Below are positions 18,562 through 28,003 of a DNA stretch of 64,000 bases, piece after piece. The stretch's first letter is position 1. Each line of letters opens with the position of its first letter. A program made the position numbers and the translations under genes. The notes under the pieces are model-generated. The model worked only from the letters and a program-made list of their open reading frames with translations, searched no databases and was not told the origin of the DNA. Source of the DNA: Magnetospirillum sp. (GTDB taxonomy: Bacteria; Pseudomonadota; Alphaproteobacteria; CACIAM-22H2); contig JAPZUA010000001.1 in the NCBI GenBank assembly GCA_027532905.1, positions 663,950-727,949 of the forward strand, written 5' to 3'.

Positions 18562-19979
18562 CACGCCACCCCCATGATTTCGGCGACGGCGGCAAGTGCC
18601 TCGTCGAAACATTTGAGCGGCGCCTTGACCGTTCCCGCACCGACCTGGCCGATCCCCGGCTTCTTGTGCGCGATGCCGGTATTGATCGTCGGCGCAATTC
18701 CGGTTTCGACGACCTTGCGAATGTCGATACCGACGGGTGTGCCCGCAAAATCGAGGCCGGGGATCGTCCAGTCGGGATTGCGACCGACGGCGATGTCCAT
18801 CATCGCGCGCGTGATGTCGAGCGCATCGGACGCGGAACCCGCCCCCACGAAGCCCGCGACGGCGGGCGAGGCCGCCATTGCAAAGCCGCCCAAGCCCACC
18901 GTTTCGACGATCGCGCTGTCGCCGATGTCGGGATTGGCGTCGGCGGCCGAATAGCCCGCGAAGTAAAGCCCCGTCGGCTGTTCGACCGGGGCCGTGAACC
19001 AGCGCTCGCCGGTCGCGGCCACGCGAATGCCGAACTCGGTGCCGTTGCGGCACATGGCGGTCACCAGCGTGGCATTGGCGATGCCCTTGGCGGGATCGGC
19101 GATCGCCTTGCCCATCGCCATCGCGACATTCAGGAAAAACTGGTCGTTGCCGCCGATGAACTCGAACACGCTCGCAAGCTTGGCGGGATCGGAAATTGCG
19201 CGCGCCAGATGCGGCGCCATCGCGCGCACGAACAAACTCGTGCAGGCGACGTTGCGCTGGTGCATCTCGTCGCCCATCGTGAGGCCGCGCGCGATGATGT
19301 TTTTGAGGCCGAGCCCGCCCGAGGCGCGCAAGGCAGCCGCCAAAGCGGGGGCGAGGTCGCTCGCCAGCCAACGCAGGCGCTTCAACACGTCGGCATCGTT
19401 GCCGCCGAAGCGCATGACCTTGCCGAGCCCTTCGTTGAGCGTGCAGTAGGCGCGGTTGCCGAAAGTGCGGTTCTCGACGACTAGGACCGGCATTGAGCGC
19501 GTGATCATGCCGGTCATCGGCCCGACGGCACCCAAATGATGGTTCGGCACAAACTTGATGCCGCCCGAAGCGGCGAGGCTGTCAGCAGCTTCAAGATCGG
19601 GCGCCCAGCCTTCGAGCACAATGGCCCCTTGGATGGCACCGCGAAGCGGCCCGCACATTTGGTCCCACAGGATGGGCGGGCCGGCATGGCCGATCATGCG
19701 ATCTTCAAGACCGTTCAAAACGTCGCCTGCAACCTGCACGTCGATCAAAACCGGATCGGCAGCAAGCAGCCGTTTCAGCGCCTCGGCATTGGCGGCTTCG
19801 ATGGCAGGCACGCCGTCGAGCTTGGCAAGCAGGCGGGCGAGCCCCGCATCGCCGCGCGCGGGCGGCTGCCAATCGAGATCGACGACCGGAATGTCGGCGG
19901 CCGCCAAATCGCGGGCGAAGCTTTCGAGCCCGATATTGACGACTTGGAGCGGCGTTTTGAGAAGCGAATCGACAGTCAT
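18561..19979 (-). CDS. DUF1116-domain protein (YlbE/AllG-like)
   Basis: 472 aa, GC3-rich, with DUF1116-type blocks (GPMTGMITRSMPVLVVEN, FAGYSAADANPDIGDSAIVETVGLGGFAMAASPA). Immediately upstream of and coupled to fdrA. Confidence 0.8.
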   Translation of the reverse strand: MTVDSLLKTPLQVVNIGLESFARDLAAADIPVVDLDWQPPARGDAGLARLLAKLDGVPAIEAANAEALKRLLAADPVLIDVQVAGDVLNGLEDRMIGHAGPPILWDQMCGPLRGAIQGAIVLEGWAPDLEAADSLAASGGIKFVPNHHLGAVGPMTGMITRSMPVLVVENRTFGNRAYCTLNEGLGKVMRFGGNDADVLKRLRWLASDLAPALAAALRASGGLGLKNIIARGLTMGDEMHQRNVACTSLFVRAMAPHLARAISDPAKLASVFEFIGGNDQFFLNVAMAMGKAIADPAKGIANATLVTAMCRNGTEFGIRVAATGERWFTAPVEQPTGLYFAGYSAADANPDIGDSAIVETVGLGGFAMAASPAVAGFVGAGSASDALDITRAMMDIAVGRNPDWTIPGLDFAGTPVGIDIRKVVETGIAPTINTGIAHKKPGIGQVGAGTVKAPLKCFDEALAAVAEIMGVA

Positions 19980-20131
19980 TGAAATGTCCTAAACCGGAGG
20001 CGCGCGGGAGTGAAGCTTGGGGCCGTCGCTTTTGCAAGGCTCGCGGCAGCACCAATACAATATTCCCAGATTCCAGGTCTGTTTTCTCTTTTTAGGCCGC
20101 CGACGGGCAAGGGTCTGTTAGGCTCGCACCC

Positions 20132-20968
20132 ATGAGCGATTCCCGCACGCGCCTTGCTGCCGCCCTTGCCGAACGCTTCGGCGAAAATTTTGCCATTCCC
20201 AACACGCCCAACGTCGCCGCCCTCGCCCCCTTGGCCGAGCGCGGCTCGGTGCGCAGATATTCGGATGCACATGTAGACCCCGCCCTCGTGCGCTTGCTGT
20301 GCGCGATCGCCCTTGCGGCCCCCAGCAAATCCGATTTGCAGCAGGCCGATATCGTCGCGGTCGAGGATCCAGCACTGCGCGCAACACTCGACGGCTATTG
20401 CGGCAGCAATCCGTGGGTTGCGGCGGCACCTGTCTTCCTCGTTTTCTGCGCCAACAATCGGCGCCAGATGCGCGTGCACGAACGCCAGGGGCATGAATTC
20501 GCCAACGACCATCTCGATGCGATGTTCAATGCCGCCGTCGATGCCGGTATTGCGCTCGCCCAGTTCGTGGCGGCGGCCGACCTCGTCGGGCTCGGCACGT
20601 GTCCCATTTCAGCAATCCGCAACCGGGCGGCCGACGTGTCGCGCCTGCTCGGGCTTCCCGCGCGCGTGTTCCCGGTCGCAGGCCTATGCGTCGGCTGGCC
20701 CCGCGAGGCCGTGCGCATTTCGCCGCGCTTGCCGACAGCTTTGCGCGTGCACGCCGATCGCTACGACGAGGGCGATCTCGATGCCGCCCTCGAGACGTAC
20801 GATGCGCGCCGCAACCGCACGCGGCCTTTTGCCGCACAGCGCGATCCTGCGCGTTTCGGCGAGGCGGCTGCCTATGGCTGGAGCGAGGACAAAGCGCGCC
20901 AATATGCGAACCTGGAACGCGGCGATTTCGGCGCCTATATTCGGGCTATCGGATTCAAACTGGATTGA
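20132..20968 (+). CDS. Nitroreductase-family NAD(P)H-dependent oxidoreductase (NfsA-like)
   Basis: RSVRRYSD near the N-terminus and a nitroreductase fold through ~240 aa, plus a C-terminal extension. Confidence 0.75.
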   Translation: MSDSRTRLAAALAERFGENFAIPNTPNVAALAPLAERGSVRRYSDAHVDPALVRLLCAIALAAPSKSDLQQADIVAVEDPALRATLDGYCGSNPWVAAAPVFLVFCANNRRQMRVHERQGHEFANDHLDAMFNAAVDAGIALAQFVAAADLVGLGTCPISAIRNRAADVSRLLGLPARVFPVAGLCVGWPREAVRISPRLPTALRVHADRYDEGDLDAALETYDARRNRTRPFAAQRDPARFGEAAAYGWSEDKARQYANLERGDFGAYIRAIGFKLD

Positions 20969-20973
20969 ACGCC

Positions 20974-21636
20974 ATGACCGCTGCCCTGGCCCCGACGGCC
21001 GCCGAAACGATGTTCGATTTTGCGGCCCTGTCGGCCACACCCGCGTCGCACGATCCGTTCCTGCATCTGGTCGTGCCGAATTTCGTGCGTGGCGAAGCTG
21101 TCGATCGCATCGATCGCGACTGGCCGCAGATCGGCAAGCCGGGTGCTTTTCCCACCTCGTCCTTGAGCCTGAAGCCGGCGGCACAGGATCTTGTCGCCGC
21201 ACTCGAGAGCGACGCGTTTCGCGAAGCGATTTCGGCGAAGCTCGATCTCGATCTTTCGGGCCTGCCGACCATGATCACGTTCCGCGACCGCTGCCGCGCG
21301 CGCGACGGGCAGATCCACACGGATTCGAAAACCAAAGTCGTGACCGTTCTGCTCTATCTCAACAAGCCGACCGGCGGCTGGCAGGACCAGGGCGGGCGCC
21401 TGCGCCTGCTGCGCGGTCCTGAAAGCCTCGAGAACTACACGACCGAGATTTCGCCGGTGGACGGCACGATGCTCGCCTTCAAATGCACGCGCGATGCGTG
21501 GCACGGCCATGCGAGCTACGAAGGCCCGCGCCACGTTCTGCAAATGAATTGGATGGTCGACCAGGCGACCAAAGACCGCGAAGAAGGCCGCCACAAAATG
21601 TCGGCGTTCCTGAAGAAGCTGAACCCGTTCGGCTGA
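20974..21636 (+). CDS. 2OG-Fe(II)-oxygenase-superfamily protein
   Basis: 220 aa with H-x-D...H spacing (IHTDSK...WHGH). Start MTAALAPTA is 6 nt after the nitroreductase stop. Confidence 0.6.
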   Translation: MTAALAPTAAETMFDFAALSATPASHDPFLHLVVPNFVRGEAVDRIDRDWPQIGKPGAFPTSSLSLKPAAQDLVAALESDAFREAISAKLDLDLSGLPTMITFRDRCRARDGQIHTDSKTKVVTVLLYLNKPTGGWQDQGGRLRLLRGPESLENYTTEISPVDGTMLAFKCTRDAWHGHASYEGPRHVLQMNWMVDQATKDREEGRHKMSAFLKKLNPFG

Positions 21637-21651
21637 AGCCAAACGCGACGC

Positions 21652-22158
21652 TTACGCCTCGCCCATCGGCTCCATGCAGGCGGCGGCCACAGCTTCGGCC
21701 GGGTCCTTGCCGCCCCACACGACGTATTGGAACGCCGGATAGAACCGCTCGCACTCGGTGAGTGCGACGTCCACGAGATCTTCGATCTGTTCGACCGTTG
21801 CCCCGCGCGCACCACGCAGCGGTACGGCATGGCGGAAGGTCGGGAGCCCGTCTTCGCCCGACAGGTCGAAATGGCCGAGCCACAGGCGCTCGTTGGCGAG
21901 TGCGAGCAACTCGGTCACCACGCCGCGGCGATGCTTGGGCAAGCGCAGATCGAGCGCGCAGGAGAAATGCAGCGCACTCATGTCTTCGTTCCAGGCGAAA
22001 TAGACCCGGTAGTCGCACCAGCGGCCGGGAATTTGCGCGACCAATTCCTCGTCGGCCGCGCGCTCGCACGGCCATTCGTTCGCGGTCACGATTTCTTCGA
22101 TGATGTCGAGCGGGTTGACGGCGTTTTCGGAAGTCTGGTGCACCGAGACGTCGGCCAT
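21652..22158 (-). CDS. YbjN-domain protein (putative sensory-transduction-regulator / chaperone-like)
   Basis: 168 aa (MADVSVHQTSENAVNPLDIIEEIV...). Sequence periodicity and size fit the YbjN family. An inverted repeat lies just upstream. Confidence 0.5.
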   Translation of the reverse strand: MADVSVHQTSENAVNPLDIIEEIVTANEWPCERAADEELVAQIPGRWCDYRVYFAWNEDMSALHFSCALDLRLPKHRRGVVTELLALANERLWLGHFDLSGEDGLPTFRHAVPLRGARGATVEQIEDLVDVALTECERFYPAFQYVVWGGKDPAEAVAAACMEPMGEA

Positions 22159-22360
22159 GCCGTGGGCTCCCACTGGAACGCAAAATTGAACCTTTTCGCG
22201 TTCCCGCCCGAATTGCCCGCCGGCCTGACCCGGAAGTTGCGACTCGACGCAGGAACACAAGGGATAGCGTGCCAAACGCGAGTCAAGGGAGCAATGAAAT
22301 TTCGCAGTTACCCCCAAGATAACGCGTGGGGGTGGCACTGACCGCCACTATATGACGGGA

Positions 22361-22642
22361 TCAAGACGATGAGTCGGCGGCGGATGCGGCCTTCAACCTA
22401 TTGAGTTCGGCCGCAAGCGCTTCGATCTGGCTTGCCAGTCTCTCGTTTTCGAGACGCGCATTGGCGGCCATTTCCTTGACCGCCTCGAACTCGTCGCGCG
22501 CCACAAGATTCTGGCTTTGCAGCCAGCGCTCGAGCACGAGGCGCGCTTGCGCGTCGATTTCCTGGCGCAATGCGCCGAAAGCAGATAGGGCGCCGGTGGC
22601 GGCGCGCGAAAGATCGTCGAGGATTCGGTTGTCTGTTTGCAT
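22361..22642 (-). CDS. ubiK: Ubiquinone-biosynthesis accessory factor UbiK (YqiC/BMFP family)
   Basis: 93 aa (MQTDNRILDDLSRAATGALSAFGAL...LENERLASQIEALAAELNRLK). Coiled-coil C-terminus and the N-terminal motif are typical of UbiK. Confidence 0.7.
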   Translation of the reverse strand: MQTDNRILDDLSRAATGALSAFGALRQEIDAQARLVLERWLQSQNLVARDEFEAVKEMAANARLENERLASQIEALAAELNRLKAASAADSSS

Positions 22643-22754
22643 AGCGCTATTATGGCCCCGAGATGCGTCTTGTTGCAACGGCGTGCGCCAAGCACCTATA
22701 ACCCCCCAACATCTTCTAACCCCACGGCATCTTCGGGCAACAAACGGACATTCC

Positions 22755-23744
22755 ATGATCGTCGTCACGGGCGGGGCAGGTTTCATCGGCGCCAATCTTC
22801 TGGCCGGACTCGAGGCGAAGCTTTCGAGCCCGCTCGTGTGCGTGGACCGCATGGGTACCGGCGACAAATGGCGCAACATCGCCAAGCGCAATCTCCACGA
22901 TCTTCTGCGCCCCGAAGACCTGCCCGCGTTTCTCAGCGCCAACAAAGGCCGCATCGAAACGATCTTCCATATGGGGGCCAATTCGAGCACGACCGAAACC
23001 GACGTCGACGAAATCGTGCACAGCAACGTGCGCGCCACGCTCGATCTGTGGGATTGGTGTGCGGGCACCGGCGTTGCCTTCATCTACGCCTCGTCGGCCG
23101 CCACCTACGGCGACGGCCGGTTCGGTTTCGTCGACGATCCGTCGCCCGCCGCCCTTGCGAAGCTCGCCCCGCTCAATCCTTACGGCTGGTCCAAACATTT
23201 CATCGATCGGCGCATCGCGGCCACCTTGGCCGATTCCAAAGCCAAGCGGCCACGCCAGCATGTCGGCCTCAAATTTTTCAACGTCTACGGCCCCAACGAA
23301 TATCACAAGGGCGCGCAGCGCTCGGTCGTGCACCAGATCTATCCCTATGCAGCCAAGGGGGCGCCGTTCGAATTGTTCCGCTCGCACAAGCCGGGCGTGC
23401 CCGATGGCGGGCAGAAGCGCGACTTCATCTGGGTCGGCGACACAGTCGATGCGATGCTGTGGCTGCAGGCCAATCCGCAGATCTCGGGCCTGTTCAATCT
23501 CGGCACCGGCAAGGCGCGCACGTTTATCGACCTTGCCGCTTGCGTCTATCGCGAGGCGGGAACCGAGCCAAACATCGCCTGGCGCGATACGCCCGAAACG
23601 ATGCGCGACAAATACCAGTATCTGACAGAGGCGAGCACCACGCGCCTGCGCCAGGCGGGCTACACAAAACCTTTCACCGAGCTCGAAGAAGGCGTGCGCC
23701 GCTATGTGCGCAACCATCTCAGCGCTGCGGACCCGTATCTCTAG
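22755..23744 (+). CDS. hldD: ADP-L-glycero-D-manno-heptose 6-epimerase
   Basis: MIVVTGGAGFIGANL (Rossmann) ... YGWSK (YxxxK) ... C-terminal ADPYL. 329 aa. Confidence 0.9.
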   Translation: MIVVTGGAGFIGANLLAGLEAKLSSPLVCVDRMGTGDKWRNIAKRNLHDLLRPEDLPAFLSANKGRIETIFHMGANSSTTETDVDEIVHSNVRATLDLWDWCAGTGVAFIYASSAATYGDGRFGFVDDPSPAALAKLAPLNPYGWSKHFIDRRIAATLADSKAKRPRQHVGLKFFNVYGPNEYHKGAQRSVVHQIYPYAAKGAPFELFRSHKPGVPDGGQKRDFIWVGDTVDAMLWLQANPQISGLFNLGTGKARTFIDLAACVYREAGTEPNIAWRDTPETMRDKYQYLTEASTTRLRQAGYTKPFTELEEGVRRYVRNHLSAADPYL

Positions 23745-24536
23745 ATGGCGATCGCGTTCCCCGCCATCGATCCCATCGCCCTGGAACTGGGCCCCATCGT
23801 CGTGCGCTGGTATGCGCTGGCCTACGTGGCCGGCATCCTCGGCGGCTGGCGCTATGCTGCGTCGCTGAATGCGGGACGCTTGCGCACGATGACAGCCGAA
23901 CAGCTCGACGATTTTGTCGTCTGGGTCACACTCGGCATCATCTTGGGCGGGCGCTTGGGCTATGTGCTGTTCTACAAGCCCGGCTACTATCTGGGCGAAC
24001 CGCTCGAAGCCTTGATGCTGTGGCGCGGCGGCATGAGTTTCCATGGCGGGCTGCTCGGCGTCATCGCGGCGATCGTGCTGTTCGCGCGCCGCAACAAGCT
24101 CGATCTCTTCCGCGTGGGCGATCTCGTCACGGCTGTCGTTCCGATCGGCCTGTTTTTCGGCCGCATCGCCAATTTCATCAATGGCGAGCTCTATGGGCGT
24201 GCGGCACCGGACATACCATGGGCGATGGTGTTTCCGCATGGCGGGCCTGAGCCGCGCCATCCGAGCCAGCTCTACCAGGCCGGGCTCGAAGGGCTGTGCC
24301 TGCTGCTGCTGCTCTACGCGCTCACGCACAGTTCGAAGTGGCGCAACCGCCCCGGTGCGATCGCGGGCGCTTTTCTCGCGGGCTATGGTGTGGCGCGTTG
24401 CATCGGCGAATTGTTCCGCGAGCCCGATGCGCATCTGGGCTTCCTGTGGGGGCCGCTGACGATGGGCATGCTGCTGTCGCTGCCGATGATGGCGGCCGGT
24501 GCGTGGCTGATCGCGACGGCAAGCAGCCGCGCGTGA
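23745..24536 (+). CDS. lgt: Prolipoprotein diacylglyceryl transferase
   Basis: 263 aa, multi-TM, with the conserved Lgt signature (HGGLLG) and a C-terminal membrane segment. Starts 1 nt after the hldD stop. Confidence 0.9.
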   Translation: MAIAFPAIDPIALELGPIVVRWYALAYVAGILGGWRYAASLNAGRLRTMTAEQLDDFVVWVTLGIILGGRLGYVLFYKPGYYLGEPLEALMLWRGGMSFHGGLLGVIAAIVLFARRNKLDLFRVGDLVTAVVPIGLFFGRIANFINGELYGRAAPDIPWAMVFPHGGPEPRHPSQLYQAGLEGLCLLLLLYALTHSSKWRNRPGAIAGAFLAGYGVARCIGELFREPDAHLGFLWGPLTMGMLLSLPMMAAGAWLIATASSRA

Positions 24537-25615
24537 GCGCACTCGCGCGCAAACTCGGCGCCCGCATCGCCGCAAGCGGTCCGCTGCCGGTGGATGCGTA
24601 CATGGCCGCGTGTCTGGCCGACGAAGAATTCGGCTACTACCGCCGCACAAACGCCATCGGTGCGGCGGGCGATTTCACAACCGCACCCGAGATCGCCCAG
24701 GTGTTCGGCGAATTGATCGGCCTGTGGCTCGCCGACCAATGGCAAGCGCAAGGTTCGCCGCAGCGTTTCAACCTCATCGAGCTTGGGCCGGGGCGCGGCG
24801 TATTGATGCAGGATGCGCTGCGCGCCGCAGGCCAAGCCCTGCCCGCCTTCGTTGCAGCCGCGCGCCTACATCTCGTCGATATATCGGTGCCAATGCGCGA
24901 CGAGCAGCGCCGTCGTTTAGGTGCCTACGCGCCCGCTTGGCACGCCGAACTTGCCGACGTGCCGAACGATGCGCCCTTGTTCGCGATCGCCAACGAGTTT
25001 TTCGACGCTTTGCCCGTACGCCAGCATGTGCGCCGCGGTGCCGCCTGGCACGAACGTCGCGTGGGCTTGCACGAAGGCCGCTTGGGCTTCGTCGAGGGCG
25101 ATGCGGTCGAAGTCGATTTCGCACGCCCCCAAACGCCCGAGGGTGCCGTCGTCGAGACCTGCCCCGCAGGCGAAGCGATTGCGCAGGCTTTGGGTGCCCG
25201 CATTGCCGAGCATGGCGGTGCGGCGCTTGCGATCGATTACGGGACGGCCGTCTCGGGCTGGGGCGACACGCTGCAGGCCTTGCGCAAGCACAAGCCAATC
25301 GACGTGTTCGACCAGCCGGGCGAATGCGATCTCACGGCGCATGTCGATTTCCCGGCTTTGATGGCGGCGGCACGCGACGGCGGGGCGGCGAGCTACGGCA
25401 TTGTAGGGCAAGGCGCCTTCCTTACACGCCTTGGCCTGCCGGTGCGCCTCGGGCGCTTGCTCAAATCGGCCGCACCGCGCCAAGCGCGCGATCTTGCAAA
25501 TGCCAGCCAGCGCTTGCTTGATCCGCGCGAAATGGGCACGTTGTTCAAAGTCGTTTGCATCGTCCCGGCAGGTGCATCGCCGCCGCCGGGTTTCGCCGCC
25601 GAGCTTGAAATCTGA
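24533..25615 (+). CDS. Class I SAM-dependent methyltransferase of the MidA/NDUFAF7 (DUF185) family
   Basis: DEEFGYYRRTNAIGAAGDFTTAPEI...ELGPGRGVLMQD are hallmarks. GTG start overlaps the lgt stop (GTGA). Confidence 0.75.
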   Translation: MSALARKLGARIAASGPLPVDAYMAACLADEEFGYYRRTNAIGAAGDFTTAPEIAQVFGELIGLWLADQWQAQGSPQRFNLIELGPGRGVLMQDALRAAGQALPAFVAAARLHLVDISVPMRDEQRRRLGAYAPAWHAELADVPNDAPLFAIANEFFDALPVRQHVRRGAAWHERRVGLHEGRLGFVEGDAVEVDFARPQTPEGAVVETCPAGEAIAQALGARIAEHGGAALAIDYGTAVSGWGDTLQALRKHKPIDVFDQPGECDLTAHVDFPALMAAARDGGAASYGIVGQGAFLTRLGLPVRLGRLLKSAAPRQARDLANASQRLLDPREMGTLFKVVCIVPAGASPPPGFAAELEI

Positions 25616-25616
25616 C

Positions 25617-26390
25617 ATGTCGCTGGTCACGCTGGGATCGCTGAACCGCCAAGACGGCATGCGCCATGCCTTCTTCTCGCGCCATGGCGGCGTGAGCACG
25701 GGCATCTACGGCTCGCTCAATTGCGGCCTCGGCTCGCGCGACGCGCCGGAAGCCGTGCTCGAAAATCGCGCGCGCGCTGCCGCCTTGCTCGATATGCCGG
25801 GCGCTGCGATCTCGACACTTTATCAAGTGCACGGCTCGGCCGTGGTCGAACTCGAAGCGCCGCTTGCCGCCGATGCGCGCCCGCAGGCCGACGCGTTCGT
25901 GAGCAAAACGCCGGGCGTGGTGCTGGGCATCCTCGCGGCCGACTGCACGCCTGTGCTCTTTTGCGATGCGCAAGCGCGCGTGATCGGGGCCGCCCATGCC
26001 GGGTGGAAGGGGGCGGTTGGCGGCGTATTGGAGGCCACGATCGCCGCCATGGCGAAGCTCGGTGCGGCCCCCTCGCGCATCGTTGCCGGTATCGGCCCCT
26101 GCATCGGCAAACAAAGCTACGAGGTGGGGGCGGAGTTTCCGGCCCCATTCCTGGCGCGCGACCCGGCGGCAGCGCGCTTTTTCGCACCCGGCCGTGTGCC
26201 TGGCAAATTCATGTTCGATCTGCCGGGCTATGTTGCGGCCAGGCTCGAAGCGGCCGGGATCGCCGAAATCGAAGCGACCGGCAACGACACGTGCGCGGAA
26301 TCCGATCGGTTTTTCAGCTATCGTCGCAGCTGCCTTAGGGCTGAGCCCGATTACGGGCGTGGCCTGTCGGCGATCGTTCTGGAGCCGTGA
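25617..26390 (+). CDS. pgeF: Purine-nucleoside phosphorylase / laccase-domain protein PgeF (YfiH)
   Basis: QVHGSAV...ADCTPVLF...HAGWKG...C.ESDRFFSYRR match the DUF152/PgeF family. ATG lies 1 nt after the upstream stop. Confidence 0.85.
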   Translation: MSLVTLGSLNRQDGMRHAFFSRHGGVSTGIYGSLNCGLGSRDAPEAVLENRARAAALLDMPGAAISTLYQVHGSAVVELEAPLAADARPQADAFVSKTPGVVLGILAADCTPVLFCDAQARVIGAAHAGWKGAVGGVLEATIAAMAKLGAAPSRIVAGIGPCIGKQSYEVGAEFPAPFLARDPAAARFFAPGRVPGKFMFDLPGYVAARLEAAGIAEIEATGNDTCAESDRFFSYRRSCLRAEPDYGRGLSAIVLEP

Positions 26391-26393
26391 GCC

Positions 26394-26459
26394 ATGCCCT
26401 ACCTGCTGGTCTTCCTGCTGATCTTGATTTTGGGTCTGGTCGTATCGTGTTTCGCCTAG
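26394..26459 (+). CDS. Candidate 21-aa hydrophobic micro-protein (MPYLLVFLLILILGLVVSCFA)
   Basis: ATG 3 nt after the pgeF stop. Its frame is GC3-rich, whereas the overlapping first ~20 codons of the longer ORF are T3-rich. Could equally be non-coding. Confidence 0.2.
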   Translation: MPYLLVFLLILILGLVVSCFA

Positions 26460-27277
26460 CGGCGGCACTGCTCGCCTTGCTTTGTGTTGCCTGCGGACCC
26501 GTGCCGCGGCCTTTTGCGCCCGACGACAAAATCCAGGCCCCCAACCCATTGCTGCGTCTCACCGACCATGGCGGCGTGGTCGTCGCCCCGGCGGCCGGCC
26601 TGCCGTTGGCTCAAGGTCGCGCCGTGGCCGAGGCGGTCGCCCAGGCATTGCGCGAAGCCGACATTCCGGCCAATGCGCGCATCGGCAATCCCTACAGCCT
26701 CGTGCTCGATCTGCAGGCATTGCCGGCATCGGAGGGGCTCGCACTGGCGGCAAGCCTCGTCGATCAAGACGGGACCAATCTCTTCGACGGCGAATCGCGC
26801 GGTGCGTTTCCCTCCAATCCCGAACAGCCCGCAGGTTGGATCTTTTTGGCGCAACCCTTGGCGCGCGCGATCGTGCTGGCAATGAAGCCCGAAACCGCGA
26901 TCGCGCGCCGTCTGCCGGCGGTCCTGGTCGGCAAAGTGACCGGTGCGCCCGCCAACGACGCGAACGCGCTCGCGCGCAGTCTTGCCTTCCAACTGGGCCG
27001 CGCGGGCCTGCGCGTCGTCGATGCGCCGGGAGCCGACACGATCACGGTCGAAGGCGAGGTCACGATCGCCGAACTGGGGTCGGAGACGCGCCGCCTGGCC
27101 GTCGCCTGGCGCGTGAGCGACAAAAACGGCGTCGAACTCGGCCGCGTCGACATGCAAAACCACGTGCCGCGCGTGTCGATCGAGCGGCAATGGGCCGAAT
27201 TGTCGTTCGAAATCGCCACCGCCGCCGCCGAGGGCATTCTCGACATTGCCGAGCGCGCGCGGCTTGGGCCCGATTGA
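26447..27277 (+). CDS. Hypothetical secreted/periplasmic protein
   Basis: The tracker ORF runs 26387-27277. I propose a downstream GTG start (26447) where codon usage becomes GC3-rich. N-terminal hydrophobic stretch FRLAAALLALLCVACGP suggests a signal peptide, possibly a lipoprotein. Confidence 0.45.
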   Translation: MFRLAAALLALLCVACGPVPRPFAPDDKIQAPNPLLRLTDHGGVVVAPAAGLPLAQGRAVAEAVAQALREADIPANARIGNPYSLVLDLQALPASEGLALAASLVDQDGTNLFDGESRGAFPSNPEQPAGWIFLAQPLARAIVLAMKPETAIARRLPAVLVGKVTGAPANDANALARSLAFQLGRAGLRVVDAPGADTITVEGEVTIAELGSETRRLAVAWRVSDKNGVELGRVDMQNHVPRVSIERQWAELSFEIATAAAEGILDIAERARLGPD

Positions 27278-27349
27278 CAGCACCCCGATTGACGTCGGGC
27301 GAATGGCGCCCTACCTCTAGTAATGTCCCTTTTCAGCCGAGGCAGCCCC

Positions 27350-28003
27350 ATGTCCGCCAAACGCGCCAAACCGAAAAACGCGACCTCGTCGGCGGGCCCG
27401 TCCGCAGCCGATAGCGCCGATTTGACGCTCGGCATCGAAGATCGCGCCCTCGACGCCGCCTTGCGCCTTGCCGCCACGCGGCGCTGGACCGACATCGCCC
27501 TTGGCGAGATCGCCGCAGAGGCCGGGCTCACGCTCGGCGAGATGCTGCGCCATGTGCGCTCGAAATCGGCGCTGTTGGCGTCCTTCTCGCGGCGCATCGA
27601 TGAAGCGATGCTGGCGACCCCCGCCGAGGCGGACGGCTCGGTTAAAGATCGGCTGTTCGAATTGCTGATGCGGCGTTTCGACGCGCTTGGGGCCTATCGC
27701 GATGCCGTACAGGGCATTCTTGACGGCATGGCGCGCGATCCGGCCACGACCCTGTGCCAGGGTCCGGCCTTGGTTGCCAGCATGCGGTATCTGGGTGACG
27801 CCGCCGGGGTAAAAACCACAGGGCTGCTAGGGCCTTTAAAGATCAATGCCTTAGCTGCCGTCTATTTGTGCACCCTTCGCGTTTGGCTCAAAGACGACAG
27901 TGCAGATGCAGCAAAAACCATGGCGGATCTGGACAAGAAACTTGGACGTCTTGAGTCTTGGACATCGAGTTTTCCAGCCTTTTTGAAGAGCAGCCCGACC
28001 TAA
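27350..28003 (+). CDS. TetR/AcrR-family transcriptional regulator
   Basis: N-terminal HTH (WTDIALGEIAAEAGLTLGEMLRHVRSKSALL). GAGG RBS 7-9 nt upstream of the 27350 ATG. Confidence 0.7.
   Translation: MSAKRAKPKNATSSAGPSAADSADLTLGIEDRALDAALRLAATRRWTDIALGEIAAEAGLTLGEMLRHVRSKSALLASFSRRIDEAMLATPAEADGSVKDRLFELLMRRFDALGAYRDAVQGILDGMARDPATTLCQGPALVASMRYLGDAAGVKTTGLLGPLKINALAAVYLCTLRVWLKDDSADAAKTMADLDKKLGRLESWTSSFPAFLKSSPT

Noticed and set aside
19980-20131. Looked for tRNA or small RNA in the 150-bp divergent gap between DUF1116 and the nitroreductase gene
   Set aside because: No cloverleaf-compatible sequence or conserved tRNA boxes by eye. Treated as a divergent promoter region only.
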